Shown one piece after another: positions 37,792 through 52,287 of a stretch of DNA of 64,000 bases (its first letter is position 1; every line of letters begins with the position of its first letter). The notes below the pieces were generated by a model, which worked only from the letters and a program-made list of their open reading frames with translations, made no database searches and had not been told where the DNA came from. This DNA is from Octopus sinensis (Eukaryota): NCBI RefSeq assembly GCF_006345805.1, contig NC_042997.1, positions 189,596,001 to 189,660,000 of the forward strand, read 5' to 3'. A program made the translations under genes and the position numbers.

Positions 37792-37882
<91 letters not shown>

Positions 37883-38220
37883 TACTATTATTATTATTAC
37901 TATTATTATTACTATTATTATTATTACTATTATTATTACTATTATTATTATTATATTATTATTACTATTATTATTACTATTACTATTACTATTATTATTA
38001 TTACTATTATTATTATTATTATTATTATTATATTATTATTACTATTATTACTATTACTATTATCATTATTATTATTATATTATTTATTATTATTATTATT
38101 ATTATATTTCTATTATTATTATTATTATTATATTATTACATTATTATTATTATTATATTATTACTATTATTATTATTATTATTATATTATTATTATATTA
38201 TTATTATCATTATTATTATT
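37770..38220. repeat. (ATT)n microsatellite
   Basis: Direct inspection. Confidence 0.95.
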
Positions 38221-39477
38221 TCTGCGCCAAGAAACAAGTCATTAGGTACAGGATGCGGCGTACTAATCGTCCGGTAGGGTCTGTCTGCATAAATACCATT
38301 TAAAAAAAAAAAAATTTGGTTTGGTTCAGTATGTTACATGGCATAAACTGTTTGTCTGTCTGTCTGTTTGTCCTTCATTATCCCAGTCTGTATACCTGTC
38401 ATTTCTGTCTGCTTGGTTTTATATTTATGTGTTTTCTCATCATGGCTGCTCTTCCATTAACCATTTGGCCCAGTTATCCATGGCTTTGTCGTTAGTTTTT
38501 CTCTTTTCTATCGTCTTTCACACTTATTAATTCGTCTGTTCGTATTTCAGTTTGCCAAGCCTATTGGTTCACTTGACAATCCACAGGACAACCAACCGCC
38601 CGTAACCCTGCCATCGTCAGTGCAGTGAATTGCCCATGACCAATATACTTAAGCGTTCAATAGCTCAGTCCACCTTACTGTATGTTACACGGTGTGGTAA
38701 TCATTCTGTAATTAGAAGCAACACTGTAAAATTGAAGAGTGTTTCGTTAGTGTGCAGTGCTGACTTCATCTTTAATATGAATTGACAAACGTAGGAGCTT
38801 GCTTACCAACCACCTGGTTCCTGGTACAGTCCCACTGTGTGGCACCTTGGGCGATTGTCTTCTACTATAGCCTCGGGCCGACCAAAGCCTTGTGAGTGGA
38901 TTTGGTAGACGGAAACTGAAAGAAGCCTGTCGATATATATATATTATATATATATATATATTATATATATGTGTGTGTGTGGTGTGTGTGTGTGTGTGTG
39001 TGTGTTGTGTGTGTGTGTATGTGTGTGTCTGTGTTTGTCCCCCCAACATCACTTGACAAGCGATACTGGTGTGCTTACGTCCCCGTCATTTAGCGGTTCG
39101 GCAAGAGAAACCGGTAGAATAAGTACTAGGCTTACAAAGAACAATCCTGGGGGGTGATTTTTTCGACTAAAGGCGGTGCTCCAGCATGGCGCAGACCAAT
39201 AACTGAAATAAATAAAAGAATAAGAAACGAAGGTAGTGAACTGGTAAAATCGTTAGTTCGCCGGACAAAACGCTTAGCAACATTTTGTCCGTGTTTGCGT
39301 TCTGAGTTGAAATTCCGTCGAGGTCGACTTTGCCTTTCATCCTTTCGGGCATCGCTAAAATAAGTACCAGTTGAACACTGGGGTCGATTACATCGACTAA
39401 CCACTTCCCCAGAACTTGCTCGCCTTGTACCAAAATTTGAAACCGACGTGTATGGACAAACGATATTCTAGGTCAGG

Positions 39478-40310
39478 GGTTCTTAACCATTTTCTGTCTA
39501 TGGGGCCTCTGTGATTACTATTTTATTCTGGTAGACCCCCCAAAGCTATTCAATGTTTAAAATCTAGTTTTGTATTGGGTTGTCCGGAAAGTTCGTGCCG
39601 ATTTATAGTAGCTTACCTTTCGATTTGCTCGTGGAAGAAGGTTTATGTTCCTATAACTTGTGTTAATTCTGTAACCCTTTAAAATGGAAGATAAGAAAGT
39701 TCATTTTCGGTACTTGACGCTTTGGGAACCAGACAAAAATTGCTGCAGCTCGACTGGGATGTGTTACCTCACCTTCTATATTTACCAGATATTGCTCCTT
39801 CAGATTTCCACTTATTCAGGTCTCTGCAGAATAGTCTTAATGGTAAAAATTTCAATTAAAAATTTCAATTCCTTAGATTTCGTAAAAAGATACCTTGATG
39901 AATTCTTTGCCATGAAACCACTTCAATTCTGGGAAGAGGGTATTTTCTAGTGAAAGGAAAGATGGAGACGCATTGTGCAACAAAATGGTTCATATTTGGT
40001 TGATTAAAATGTAATGGCAAGTATTTATTGACCTTTTTCTTTCCTTTAAAAGTCGGCACGAACTTTCCGGACAACCCAATAGATACTTCTTCCAATATTC
40101 CTATTTTCTTTTTCACACATCAACTTCTGAAGGTTGAATTATGAAAAATGTTAGAAAAAGAAGCCTAGTTGTTTCGTGCAATACTTACTAATACATACAT
40201 CTAAAGCAAATTTTTTTCAGGGTCCCTTAAAATACTATTGTGGATCCCTAATTTACTACTTTGCTGCGTGGAGCCCAAAAATCTTATAAGGACTCTCAGG
40301 GACATAAACC
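39478..40310. mobile_element. hAT-type MITE interrupted by a mariner derivative
   Basis: caggggttcttaaccattttct terminus; homologous to 18132-18424 inverted. Confidence 0.65.
39575..40079 (+). mobile_element. Internally deleted mariner (505 bp) with TIRs and TA TSD
   Basis: TIR ttgggttgtccggaaagttcgtgccga at both ends; MEDKKVHFR fused to LLQLDWDVLPHLLYLPDIAPSDFHLFRSLQNSLNGKNFN. Confidence 0.92.
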
Positions 40311-42141
40311 GCATAATGCAAGGTGTAGGAGTGGCTGTGGGGTAAGTGGCTTGCTTACCAACCACATGATTCCGGGTTCAGTCCCACTGCGTGGCACCTA
40401 GGGCAAGTGTTTTCTACTATAGCCTCGGGCCGACCAAAGCCTTGTCAGTGGATTTGGTAGACGGAAACTGAAAGAAGCCCGTCGTATATATGTATATATA
40501 TATATATGTGTGTATATGTGTGTGTGTATATGTTTGTGTGTCTGTGTTTGTCCCCCCCCCAACATCGCTTGACAACCGATGCTGGTGTGTTTACGTCTCC
40601 GTAACTTAGCGGTTCGGCAAAAGAGACCGATAGAATAAGTACTAGGCTTACAAAGAATAAGTCCTGGTGTCGATTTGCTCGACTAAAGGTGGTGCTCCAG
40701 CATGGCCACAGCCAAATGACTGAAACAGGTAAAAAAATAAAAGAGTAAACCCATTTGTGCTATAACACAAGGGTTGAGGTAAATTCTTGTTTTCCTTCTA
40801 TATCTATCTTTCAGTAAGCTAGCTTGTCCGTTGATGCTTTTATCTACCTGTTGACATGAACATGTCATGCGATGCATTTATGACTTTGTTTTATTTGTCT
40901 GATATTTGATATTCGTTTTATGTTGTTTGTCTTTGCATCTTTATTCCTTTGTCGCTTCGTCTATAGTCATCTAAGATCTATTCTATATTCATCTATAATA
41001 CTCGCATATTTAACTATAATAAATGCACAGTTCAAATTTAAAAAATAGGCATGTTACTCACGAAGATAAAAATACATAAGCGGCATGCAATGCAGGCTGT
41101 TGTGCTTAATAAACATACATTTTGTCGCGAAATTCCGGCTCCTAGGAAACGATTTTTCATTGTGAAAAAATGAGTGCTTTTTGCCCTCATTTTCTTTTTA
41201 ATCTTTTTATAAGAGTGGAAGGATTTCGTCTATTTATTTCTGCTGTCCACTTACGACGGTGATTCAGTTGACTAGGAAAACTATACTTGATGAATATCCA
41301 ATGCAAAACTATCTTAATCTACATATTGAAACTGCATTAAACTTTGGCAAGCTTACCTTTACCTATTCGGAGTTACTTGAAAGGTGATGTTCCCTTCCCT
41401 CTCTTCTGATTGTTGATACCTATTTTTTTTTACCTTTGATACCGTTGTTTCATTTTAAGGATGCTTCTTTACCCAGCCATTATGATATTTTGACTGTTTT
41501 CCATTGTTTCAAATAGGTTTTAGCATTGTCATTCTAGCCTTTTTTAAACGCTCACATATGATTCGTCCCAAAGAATCAACCTTTAAATAAGAGTTTTGCT
41601 TCCACTAGCGAAAGCTATACGTATCTTTCAGGGAGCTCTATAACAATTTAACTTTATGCAGCATTCGCTGTTAGTTTATGTGCACGCTATGTGGGAAGAT
41701 AGAATAAAGGGGCTTTTGTTAGCTTTTCTCTCCGAAAAAAAAATAGCTCCCTTTGCTGTTGAAAAAAATAAACTCGCAGGGGAGAAGTTTCAACATCTTC
41801 CTTCAATTTCTTTACACCATTTATGTGGCTGTTTTTGACAAGAAATTTCGCTTTCATGTAAAACAACTATATTTTGTAGTCCTTATCCGTAATCTGCTCC
41901 CAAAACACTTCAGTAGCTCTACTTAACATCGCTTGCAAACTTATATGTTCTATGATAATCAAAGTGCAACGACCTCCACAATAACCAGCCTTCAATTTGA
42001 TTTTCCGTTCCTAGGTTAATCGGAAACAGATTGCCATGCTATACATAAACCTTCTCGGTAGTTCAATTATTTGGTGAAAAAAATACCACGAAAGCAACTT
42101 AAACCTTCCAAAGGACGGGTGCGTTTGCTAGTATATATATA

Positions 42142-43109
42142 CAGGATTATTCAAAAAGAATGAACCGATTTCATTACGCAATCTTTTAAATAAGGAAAAG
42201 CAATAGAAAACTCCAGCTAAGTCACAAATATTTACTCACAATCAACTTTTATTCCCTGTCTTACAAGTGTTCAATGTGGCCATCACCTGCAGCACGGGCA
42301 ACATCAATGACATAAGTGAATTCCTCCCAGACGCGTACCAGAATATCACGATCTACTGAGTTGATCGCTGTTGTTACTCTTTTACTCTTTTACTCTTTTA
42401 CTCTTTTACTTGTTTCAGTCATTTGACTGCGGCCATGCTGGAGCACCGCCTTTAGTCGAGCAAATCGACCCCGGGACTTATTCTTTGTAAGCCCAGTACT
42501 TATTCTATCGGTCTCTTTTGCCGAACCGCTAAGTAACGGGCGAAACACACCAGCATCGGTTGTCAAGCGATGCTAGGGGGACAAACACAGACACACAACA
42601 TATACACAACACTTATATATATATATACATATATACGACAGGCTTCTTTCAGTTTCCGTCTACCAAATCCACTCACAAGGCATTGGTCGGCCCGGGGCTA
42701 TATTAGAAGACACTTGCCCAAGATGCCACGCAGTGGGACTGAACCTGGAACCATGTGGTTGGTTAGCAAGCTACTTACCACACAGCCACTCCTGCGCCTA
42801 TTCGATGTTATTCGATGTTTAAGGTCATCGAGGTGAGAGGGTAGCGGTGGAACATAAACGCGAAACCCCACAAGAAAAAATCACATGACAGCGATCAACT
42901 CAGTGGATCGCGATATACTGGTACGTGTCTCGGAGGAATTTTCCTATCGCATTGACAATGCCCGTGCTGCAGGTGGTGGCCACATTGAACACTACTTGTA
43001 AAACAGGAAATAAAAGTTGATTGTAAGTAAATACTTGTGATTTAGCTGGAGGTTTCTGTTGCTTTTCCTTATTAAAATGAGATCGGTTCATTCTTTTTGA
43101 ATAACCCTG
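42142..43109. mobile_element. Foldback element made of two inverted Tc1/mariner-superfamily 3' ends, with a SINE B in the spacer
   Basis: Arms 42142-42371 and 42888-43109; both encode AINSVDRDILVRV(W/S)EEF.Y.ID.ARAAG.GHIEH; spacer carries CDFFLWG..VYVPPLP; TA flanks. Confidence 0.85.
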
Positions 43110-43114
43110 TATAT

Positions 43115-43149
<35 letters not shown>

Positions 43150-43267
43150 GGATGGATGGATGGATGTATACATACATATACATACACACATACATATGTA
43201 TATATATGTACGTTCATATATACACGTATATTACATATATACAAATATTATATATATAATATATATA

Positions 43268-43339
<72 letters not shown>

Positions 43340-43716
43340 CATAGGCGCAGGAGTGGCTGTGTGGTAAGTAGCTTGCTAACCAACCACATGGTTCCGGGTT
43401 CAGTCCCACTGCGTGGCATCTTGGGCAAATGTCTTCTGCTATAGCCCCGGGCCGAACAACGCCTTGTGTGTGGATTTGGTATATGTGTGTGTGTGTTTGT
43501 ATGTCTGTGTTTGTCCCACTAGCTTGACAACCGATGCTGATGTGTTTACGTCCCCGTCACCTAGCTGTTCGGCAAAAGAGACCGATAGAATAAGTACTGG
43601 GCTTATAAAGAATAAAGTCACGGCGTTGATTTGCTCGACTAAAGGCGGTGCTCCAGCATGGCCGCAGTCAAATGACTGAAACAATTAAAAGAGTAAAAGA
43701 GTATATATATACATGC

Positions 43717-43748
<32 letters not shown>

Positions 43749-44419
43749 GTGTGTTTATATTTATGTACGTATAATCATTGCCTGAGCATACTCTGTGCAG
43801 GTACATGTAGAAAACAAATGTGAAAGTGGATAAAAAATGACCGCCAATTTGCTTTGTTGTACATCTGCACCCCACCACCACCACCACCACCACCACCATC
43901 ACCACACACTACACACCCACACCACACATGCACACGCACAAGCACGCAGACACAAAGAAACCGTTAGAGACGAAACAATATATTAAATAAATCCTATTTT
44001 TTTACCCATCACCAAAAAAATGAATTATAAAACTGAGTTCAAAAGAAAGAATGGTAAAAAAGAAAAAAAGAACAACCTCAAAAGAAGAAACAAAACAAGA
44101 GAAAAAAATACGGAAAATTTCAATTGTTTGATTAACGTGATAATTCACATCGTGGCATATTTCGGTAATGAGGGAACGCATAAAATTAGAGGTGCTATAC
44201 TCGTGGGATACAATTATGAGAGCTAGGTCACATCGACTCTTTGTAGAGTCGGTTAGATACGTTACTGCACTTAATGACATTATATGAAATGAAGGTCAAG
44301 TCCAGTAGAAGGAGACTGCGTCTACAGTGAAGTATATATCATCACATATTAGATTTAATGAACTGCGCCATCTTACTATCTGTCTATCCATTATTTTAAT
44401 TGGCTTTCATTTTAGATAG

Positions 44420-44420
44420 A

Positions 44421-44477
<57 letters not shown>

Positions 44478-44481
44478 TTCT

Positions 44482-44548
<67 letters not shown>

Positions 44549-44549
44549 G

Positions 44550-44603
<54 letters not shown>

Positions 44604-44604
44604 T

Positions 44605-44682
<78 letters not shown>

Positions 44683-44728
44683 GGATGGATAGACAGATAG
44701 ACAAACATAGATAGACAGACAGACAGAT

Positions 44729-44790
<62 letters not shown>

Positions 44791-44820
44791 ACAGATAGAT
44801 ACATACATAGATACATAGAT
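44420..44820. repeat. (AG)n/(AGAT)n microsatellite
   Basis: Direct inspection. Confidence 0.95.
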
Positions 44821-45696
44821 AAAATACTTAGGAATTCACCTATATATATGTTCATGTGTGCATGTATGTTTGTACGTATATACATACGCACAGACACAGT
44901 CACACACACACACACACACATAAAAATATATGCATGGATATATATATATAAATGCATATATATGTATATACACACATATATATGTATATACGCACAAATA
45001 CACTCACACACATACACAGACATACATACATATATGCATATATATACACACACGCACGTGCATTTATAGATATGTGTATATGTGTATGCATAATTTTAAT
45101 CGGTAGTGGCTTACTTAAAGTTGGACATTTTGAAGAAGCCCCTGTTGGCGAAACTTTCGAGTATATGTCATTAAAATTAATATTAGACTCAACACAAACA
45201 TTGAATTTTTCTTTCATTGTTCGTTGTTCTTATCCAATATAAAACACTTAATTTCTCTCCCTGCCCCTTTCCTCTCTCATTCTCTCTGTGTGTATACATA
45301 CATGCATACATGCATACATAAATACATAAATATATAACATATATATACACATACAGACACACCCATATATGTATATATATATATATATGTGGAGGCGCAA
45401 TGGCCCAGTGGTTAGGGCAGCGGGCTCGCAGTTGTAGAATCGCGGTTTCGATTCCCAGACCGGGCGTTGTGTGTGTTTATTGAGCGAAAACCCTTAAAAG
45501 TTCCACGAGGCTCCGGCAGGTTGTGGTGGTGATCCCTGCTGTACTCATTCACCACTCTTTCTCTCACTCTTTCTTTTGTTGGCGTCATTCGAAGCGCATT
45601 GTGACCAGCGATGTGTAACAACATCTGATGGTCTGGTCGGAGAAAAAAAAATATATATATATACACACACACACAAATACACACAGACACACCTAC

Positions 45697-45737
<41 letters not shown>

Positions 45738-46429
45738 TATATATATATGCATGTATGTATATAAGGATGGATGGATAAATGAATGAATAAGTATATTCAG
45801 AGAGAGAGGAGCGGGAGAGAGTGACAGATAGAGAGGGGGAAGGGAGAGAGTGACAGTTAGAGAGGTGGGAGGGAGAGAGAGACTGACATAAGGAAGACTA
45901 ATAGAGAAAGATAGAGAGAAACTTTAGATAAATAGATAAAAGAGAGCAGGAGGAGAGAAAGATAGGCAGATATAGATAGAGGGGGAGAGAGAAATCGGGA
46001 GAGAAAGGGAGAAATACATCGAGAATTAGTAAATTACAGAGAAACATAAATAGAAAGACTAAAGTGTGAGTGAGAAATACAGAGTGAGAGAGGGGAGAAA
46101 AGGAGAGAGAGAGAGAGAGAGAGAGAGAAATTAAGAGAATGTGATGATGGGAGGTGAAGAGGACAGGGTGGAAAAGAATAAAAATCTGCATGATGGATAA
46201 TGATAAAAAAAGATAGAGGAATGGGGTGAAGAACTATATGGTGTGGGGGTAGATAGATATATAAATAGGCAGGGCAGACTGCTAGACAAAACAGATTGAT
46301 AAACAAGATAAAAGGAACGGTTTTAATGTCTGTGCAAATATACAAATTAAAACTTGAATTAAAGATAGCCATCCGTTGATGCAGTCCGTACGTGTGCGAG
46401 AGACGTATGTTAAGTGAGAGGGGGAAATA

Positions 46430-46835
46430 ATGATGTATGTATGTATGTATGTATGTATGTATGTATGATGTATGTATGTATGTATGTATGTATGTATGTA
46501 TGTTGTATGTATGTATGTATGTATGTATGTAGTATGTATGTATGTAGTATGTATGTATGTATGTATGTATGTATGTATGTATGATGTATGTATGTATGTA
46601 TGTATGTATGTATGTATGTATGTGTATGTATGTATGTATGTATGTATGTATGTATGTATGTATGTATGTATGTACGCATGTATCTATGTATGTACGTATG
46701 TACGCATGTACGCATGTATGCATGTACGTATGTACGTATGTATGTATGCATGTATGCATGTATCTATGTACGTATGTACGCATGTACGCATGTATGTATG
46801 TATGTATGTATGTATGTATGCATGTATGTATGTAA
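46430..46835. repeat. (ATGT)n microsatellite
   Basis: Direct inspection. Confidence 0.95.
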
Positions 46836-47053
46836 GTATATGTGTATGGTGTGGAGGAAGGTGACTGTGTGTGTGCGTGTATATATATATAGGCGTAGGA
46901 GTGGCTGTGTGGTAAGTAGCTTGCTTACGAACCACATGGTCCCGGGTTCACTCCCACTGCGTGACACCTTCGGCAAGTGTCTTCTACTATAGCCTTGGGA
47001 TGACCAAAGCCTTGTGAGTGGATTTGGTAGACGGAAACTGGCAGAAGCCCGTC

Positions 47054-47102
<49 letters not shown>

Positions 47103-47390
47103 CGACGGGCTTCTTCCAGTTTCCGTCTCTATATATATATATATGTATGTATGTATGTGTGTGTATATGTTTGTATGTCTGTGTTTGTTCCCCCCCCCAA
47201 CATCGCTTGACAACCGATGCTGGTGTGTTTATGTCACCGTAACTTAGTGGTTCGACAATAGTGATCGATAGAGTAAGTACAAGGCTTACGAAGAATAAGT
47301 CCGGGGGTCGATTTGCTTGACTAAAGGCGGTGCTCCAGTATGGTCACAGTCAAATGACTGAAACAAGTAAAAGAGTAAAAGAGTAAAGAG

Positions 47391-47437
<47 letters not shown>

Positions 47438-47464
47438 GAAACATTCTGACTATAATGTATAAAA

Positions 47465-47514
<50 letters not shown>

Positions 47515-48514
47515 TAAGAAGCTTGCTTCCCAAACACAAGATTTGGGGTTCAGTCTCACTGTTGGAAAGAGTTTTCTGCTATTATAGCCTCGGGTCTTCC
47601 AAAGCCTTGTGAGGGGATTTGGTAGACGGAGGCCGAAAGAAGCCAGTCGTATATGTATATACAGTATTAAATAAATATAACGAGGCCCTAAGTACATGCA
47701 ACCACCGCTTTTTTCATATCTTCAAATTTTACCACAAATTTAAATGCAACCTAAATAACCACACAGCATATGTCCACAACAACCCCTAGGTAATCTCCAA
47801 CAACACTACTTAACTTTCCTTTATCTCCATTTTAATTTTTAATCTTAAATCTTTAATTTTTTAACTCCACTATCTTACTGTAAGGATCTCAGTCATTTAA
47901 TACTACATATATGAACATACAAGCGGATAAAGTTGTGTGTGTAAATGTGAGTGCATGTATTTTTATGTATGTGGGTATATGTATGTATATATGTATACAT
48001 ATATATATGTGTGTGTGTGTGTATGTATATGAGTGTGTGTATGTGTATATATGTATACATAAGTACTTGTGTGGCGCGTGGGTGTGACTATGTGTAAGCG
48101 CGTGTGCACGCGTACGTATGTACTTATACCTTCTTTCCTCTTCTTTGATTCCTACCTATCACATTAACTTATCACATACGTCTAGTTGTAGAAATTTCGC
48201 ATCCTTGTATTCTTCCCTGCACATAAATTTTACTACTAAAACTACTACTCAATTTGGTATCATTCTACCCATAACTTTTCTCTGCCCATCCCTTAATACA
48301 GCCCTATCATATCACTCCTACTCACGTATCTCAAACTTATTCACTCCTTACCTTCTCATCTCTTCCTATTCACCCATCCCCCACTCCACTTCCCCTCACA
48401 TTATGTTGACCACCAACTAACACTCCTTTTCTCACTTCTTTCACCCTTTCTTCAATTTTCTTTCTTTTTTTCACTCCTCTCACTTTTTCTTCTCTCTCTT
48501 CTTTTCTTTCTCTT

Positions 48515-48545
<31 letters not shown>

Positions 48546-48575
48546 TTATTATTATTATCATTATTATTATTATTA

Positions 48576-48607
<32 letters not shown>

Positions 48608-49014
48608 TGTCCTTTTTCTTTTTTCCCTCTTTCTTCCTCTCATTTTTCTCTTCCTGTCTTCATTTTGATCTATCTCCTCAATCTAATCATACGCATCTCC
48701 ACCCCCATCTATCCACAAATACTATTAATACATTCTCAATTTATCATCCACATCACAAAACCCCTTCGAATGAACGACACAGAATCCAGGGCTCCATACT
48801 TAGAAATTACTAAACATGAACTACTATTGGAACTTACATATCATGTGCAGGAAACTTTTTTACCACTTTACTCGAATAATGGAACTGCAACTACAATGTT
48901 TTATATTTTACTTCTACTTTCATTCTCTTAATTCCCTCTATATTCCCTAACTCCTCCTTTTCCACAATAATTCCTTATTTCGAACTCAAACATTTACCTC
49001 TATTTAGCCATCTC

Positions 49015-49075
49015 AATCGTATCTGATGAAGGGATAACCATAATACCTCAGAAACAGTCATAAGACTATATCTAT
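49015..49075 (+). ncRNA. Degenerate type I hammerhead-like motif
   Basis: CTGATGA 49023-29, weak stem II, GAAA 49051-54, stem III AGTC-ataa-GACT; stem I not recoverable. Confidence 0.45.
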
Positions 49076-49149
49076 ATCTCTTTCCTTATAATTGTCCTGA
49101 AAACTCCTCACAGCCTTGGTTTTGTTACCTCTTTTTGTCTAACATATAT

Positions 49150-49959
49150 ATATATATATATATATAAAACTTACTTGGAAAAGGATGCGTGGCATTCGAT
49201 CATATAATAATAAATCTTTAGTTGAATATATTCAATGAGAATATTATATACTGAATTCATATTGAGTGCTCTATTGTTTCAAAGTATTAATACTATTAAA
49301 GTATTTATATATTTAATATGAGCGATTATGAATATTTTATAATGTATTATCATTTATATCAAGAAATCAATATTAGAAAATTCTTCAGAAAGATAAACAT
49401 ACGTGTGTAAAATAATTGTTGTATTAAAAATATAAGTATATAAAAAAATATATGTAAATATGTTTGAGTATAAATGTATAATGTATATAACAGTTTAAAA
49501 GTTTAGAATTACGATCGTTTCACAGAAGTGCTGTCCCTATAATGGAATCCTATATTGATAAGCATTTATAGACAACTCTTCTGCTCTTCAGAGATATAAA
49601 ATTTGAATTTTGTATAATATATCGAATGGTACTTCAATTTTTTTAAAAACCTACCATTCGGTTGTTTATCAGGTTGCTCTTGTCTTTATGCTTTAAAATC
49701 TCATATATTTCCATAGAGCACAGCTCACACTCATGTCTACTATTTCTATAAGGTTGCACTTTTCTTATTATTTCCCAGTTAAGGCTAAACTCAATTCTGC
49801 TTTCCTTCAGTTCCCAAATCTTATTAGACAATGACGTACAATTAGCCTTATGTCTAAGTCAAAAAGAGGAAAAAATGATTGTACAGACGTTTTTCATATT
49901 AATAGAACATCCAATATATATATATATATATATAATATATATATAGTTACCAATTTATG

Positions 49960-50043
<84 letters not shown>

Positions 50044-50340
50044 TATATATATATAGTTACCAGTTATAGTTATGATTGTACATTTATAAATTACGTTCTG
50101 GGTAAGACATCGACCTAATAACGGACAGTGGGATCTAACTCTACAACTGCAACTAGGAGAATCACTACTATTAATATTAGTATTATAGATATTCACAATG
50201 TTATTATTATCAATATTATCACTATTATTATTAGTCCTACTACTACTACTATTAAGTGTGTTATGTTCATGTCTCCTATTATCTATCTGCCCTACAACTA
50301 TAGTATCATTTAGATCTGCTTCAACATCAACAGGCATATA
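49150..50340 (-). mobile_element. Penelope-like element GIY-YIG relic with 3' terminal repeat region
   Basis: CSCRVRSHCPLLGRCLTQNVIYKCTI and SNKIWELKESRIEFSLNWEIIRKVQPYRNSRHECELCSMEIYEIL; split by (TA)n. Confidence 0.85.
49504..49597 (-). ncRNA. Type I hammerhead-like motif with extended stem II
   Basis: CTGAAGA (plus 49585-91), stem II GCAGAAG/CTTCTGT extended by GTTGTC/GACAGC, GAAA, palindromic ACGATCGT, GUA triplet; stem I poor. Confidence 0.65.
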
Positions 50341-50351
50341 ATTTATTTATA

Positions 50352-51150
50352 TGCTAGTATAGGTACCGGAGCTACATTCTGTATTGTGTAATTTTAATTT
50401 TAAGTTTAAGTTTAATCCTACTACATGACTCCGACCATAAACTTCACCCAAATGTCAAATTTCACTAAAATCGGATGAATTATGTACAAGTTATAGCATA
50501 AAATATTAATCCTATGGGTAATTGCATACAAAAAAGCCTGTTGATTTCTTAAAATCCCTCGCTCACGCGCATTTATCGATTTTTGTCAATTCTTCATGCT
50601 GGCATCAACTAATGGACATGAACTATAATCACGTATAAAATTACTACAAAATCAATAAGAATGTTTCTAAGGAAAGGCTTATTTACCTACATCTAAAATG
50701 TCATTAAAATCGGATAAAAAATATAAAAATGACAGCCAAAAATATAATCCCTATGGGTATTTGCACGCAAAAAGCCAATTGATTTTATAAAACCACTTCT
50801 CAGGCTCGATTATCGATTTTTATCCACGCCATATACGGTCATCAACTCACTATCATGAGCCTCGATCACTCATCAATTTCCATCAAAATCGGACATAAAA
50901 TGCAAAAGCTGCAGGAAAAATAACATCATTGTGGGAATTTCCATTCAGACGTCCAATTGAGCTCACAAAAATCAATGTCAACTGAGCATTATCGAGTTTT
51001 CGAAAAATTACGCTCTTATTTGTACTTCAGGGCATGTGATATACCTATGTGCCAAAAATCATTAAAATCGGTTGAACGGTGTGGGAGGAGTTAGAGTAAC
51101 CACAAACACGCACACACACACAGACACCATTTCACATTTATGTATATGTA
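50352..51150 (+). mobile_element. Helentron/DINE-1-like non-autonomous element
   Basis: Internal subrepeats (aaaatcggat...cctatgggta); 3' aaaatcggttgaacggtgtgggaggagttag followed by a CA/ACAG microsatellite and tttatgtat. Family label is by pattern only. Confidence 0.5.
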
Positions 51151-51567
51151 TGTATGTATTGTTTCAAATTTTGGCACATGGCCAGCAAGTCAAGAGAAGG
51201 GATAAGTCGATTACATCGACCTCAATGTTCAATTGGTACTTATATTAACGACACCGAAATGTTGAAAAGCAAAGAAGACTTTGACGGAATCCGAACACTG
51301 AACGAAAAGTATTTTTCAGTTTGCACTACAATTATTTCGATCCCTGGTTGTCCTCGGGGCATCACTAATATTTATTACTGAGTACGATATGTGTAAAAGT
51401 AATCCACCTCGTTTGAACAGTTTTAAGCAAAGTAAATGTATATATATATACATACACATACATACATATATACATAATACATACATGAGTGTATGTTTTT
51501 ATTTATGTATATATACCTATATCTATCTGTCTTTCTCTCTGTTTGTATGTGTGTGTGTATGTGTGTG

Positions 51568-51599
<32 letters not shown>

Positions 51600-51728
51600 T
51601 GTATGTATGTATGTATGTATGTATGTATGTATGTATGTATGTATGTATGTATGTACGTACGTATGTATGTATGTATGTATGTATGTATGTATGTATGTAT
51701 GTATTATTCTTTAAAAAGAATAGAATTG

Positions 51729-51773
51729 ACAGCGACTACGAAGTTTCGGCCACTTAAGCCATCATTGGATTGT
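51729..51773 (-). ncRNA. Degenerate type I hammerhead-like motif
   Basis: acaat-CCAATGA-t-GGC ttaagtg GCC-GAAA-cttcgtagt-C-gctgt. Confidence 0.5.
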
Positions 51774-51789
51774 GATGCAATTAAGTTTG

Positions 51790-52050
51790 CTCAACACAAA
51801 ATATATCGTGCATGAATTATCCAAGAGTTCTCATATTTTCAAAAAAGTTCCTACAAAATTTCCTAAAGTACGTACGTACTTTTAGGGAAAGAAACACACA
51901 CATACATATAAGGAAGGAGGATAGAGGCATACCCTGGTTTAGAATTTGTTGCATATGCTTTATAATGCACACCTTTTGCATGTTAAAAAGTACAATTAAC
52001 ATATTAAACACCTATGCTTGAATCCGAATACAAGAAATATCTATAAGAAG
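51790..52050 (-). mobile_element. Penelope-like reverse transcriptase relic
   Basis: QILNQGMPLSSFLICMCVFL resembles QxxGxxMGSxLS; FMHDIFCV resembles RYVDDIF. Confidence 0.55.
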
Positions 52051-52287
52051 AATAGTTCGCAAACATTACCTCCTTATAAATTTGTCCACAACATTACCTC
52101 CTAATAAATTTATAAATAGTAACCATATATTTTCTGGAACAACGAACCTCTAGAGTAAAACAGGCAGACCAACAACTTTTAAACCTACCCACATACTCTT
52201 GTGAACGTTAAAACATTTGACTAAGAAATTTTCTATACAGATAATACTGTGACATGCTTAAGTGATAACCAACACCCTATCAATATA

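Noticed and set aside
41400-42100. Possible L1/Tx1 RT relic (GGRCTLII on minus strand)
   Set aside because: A single short motif amid many stops; not enough evidence.
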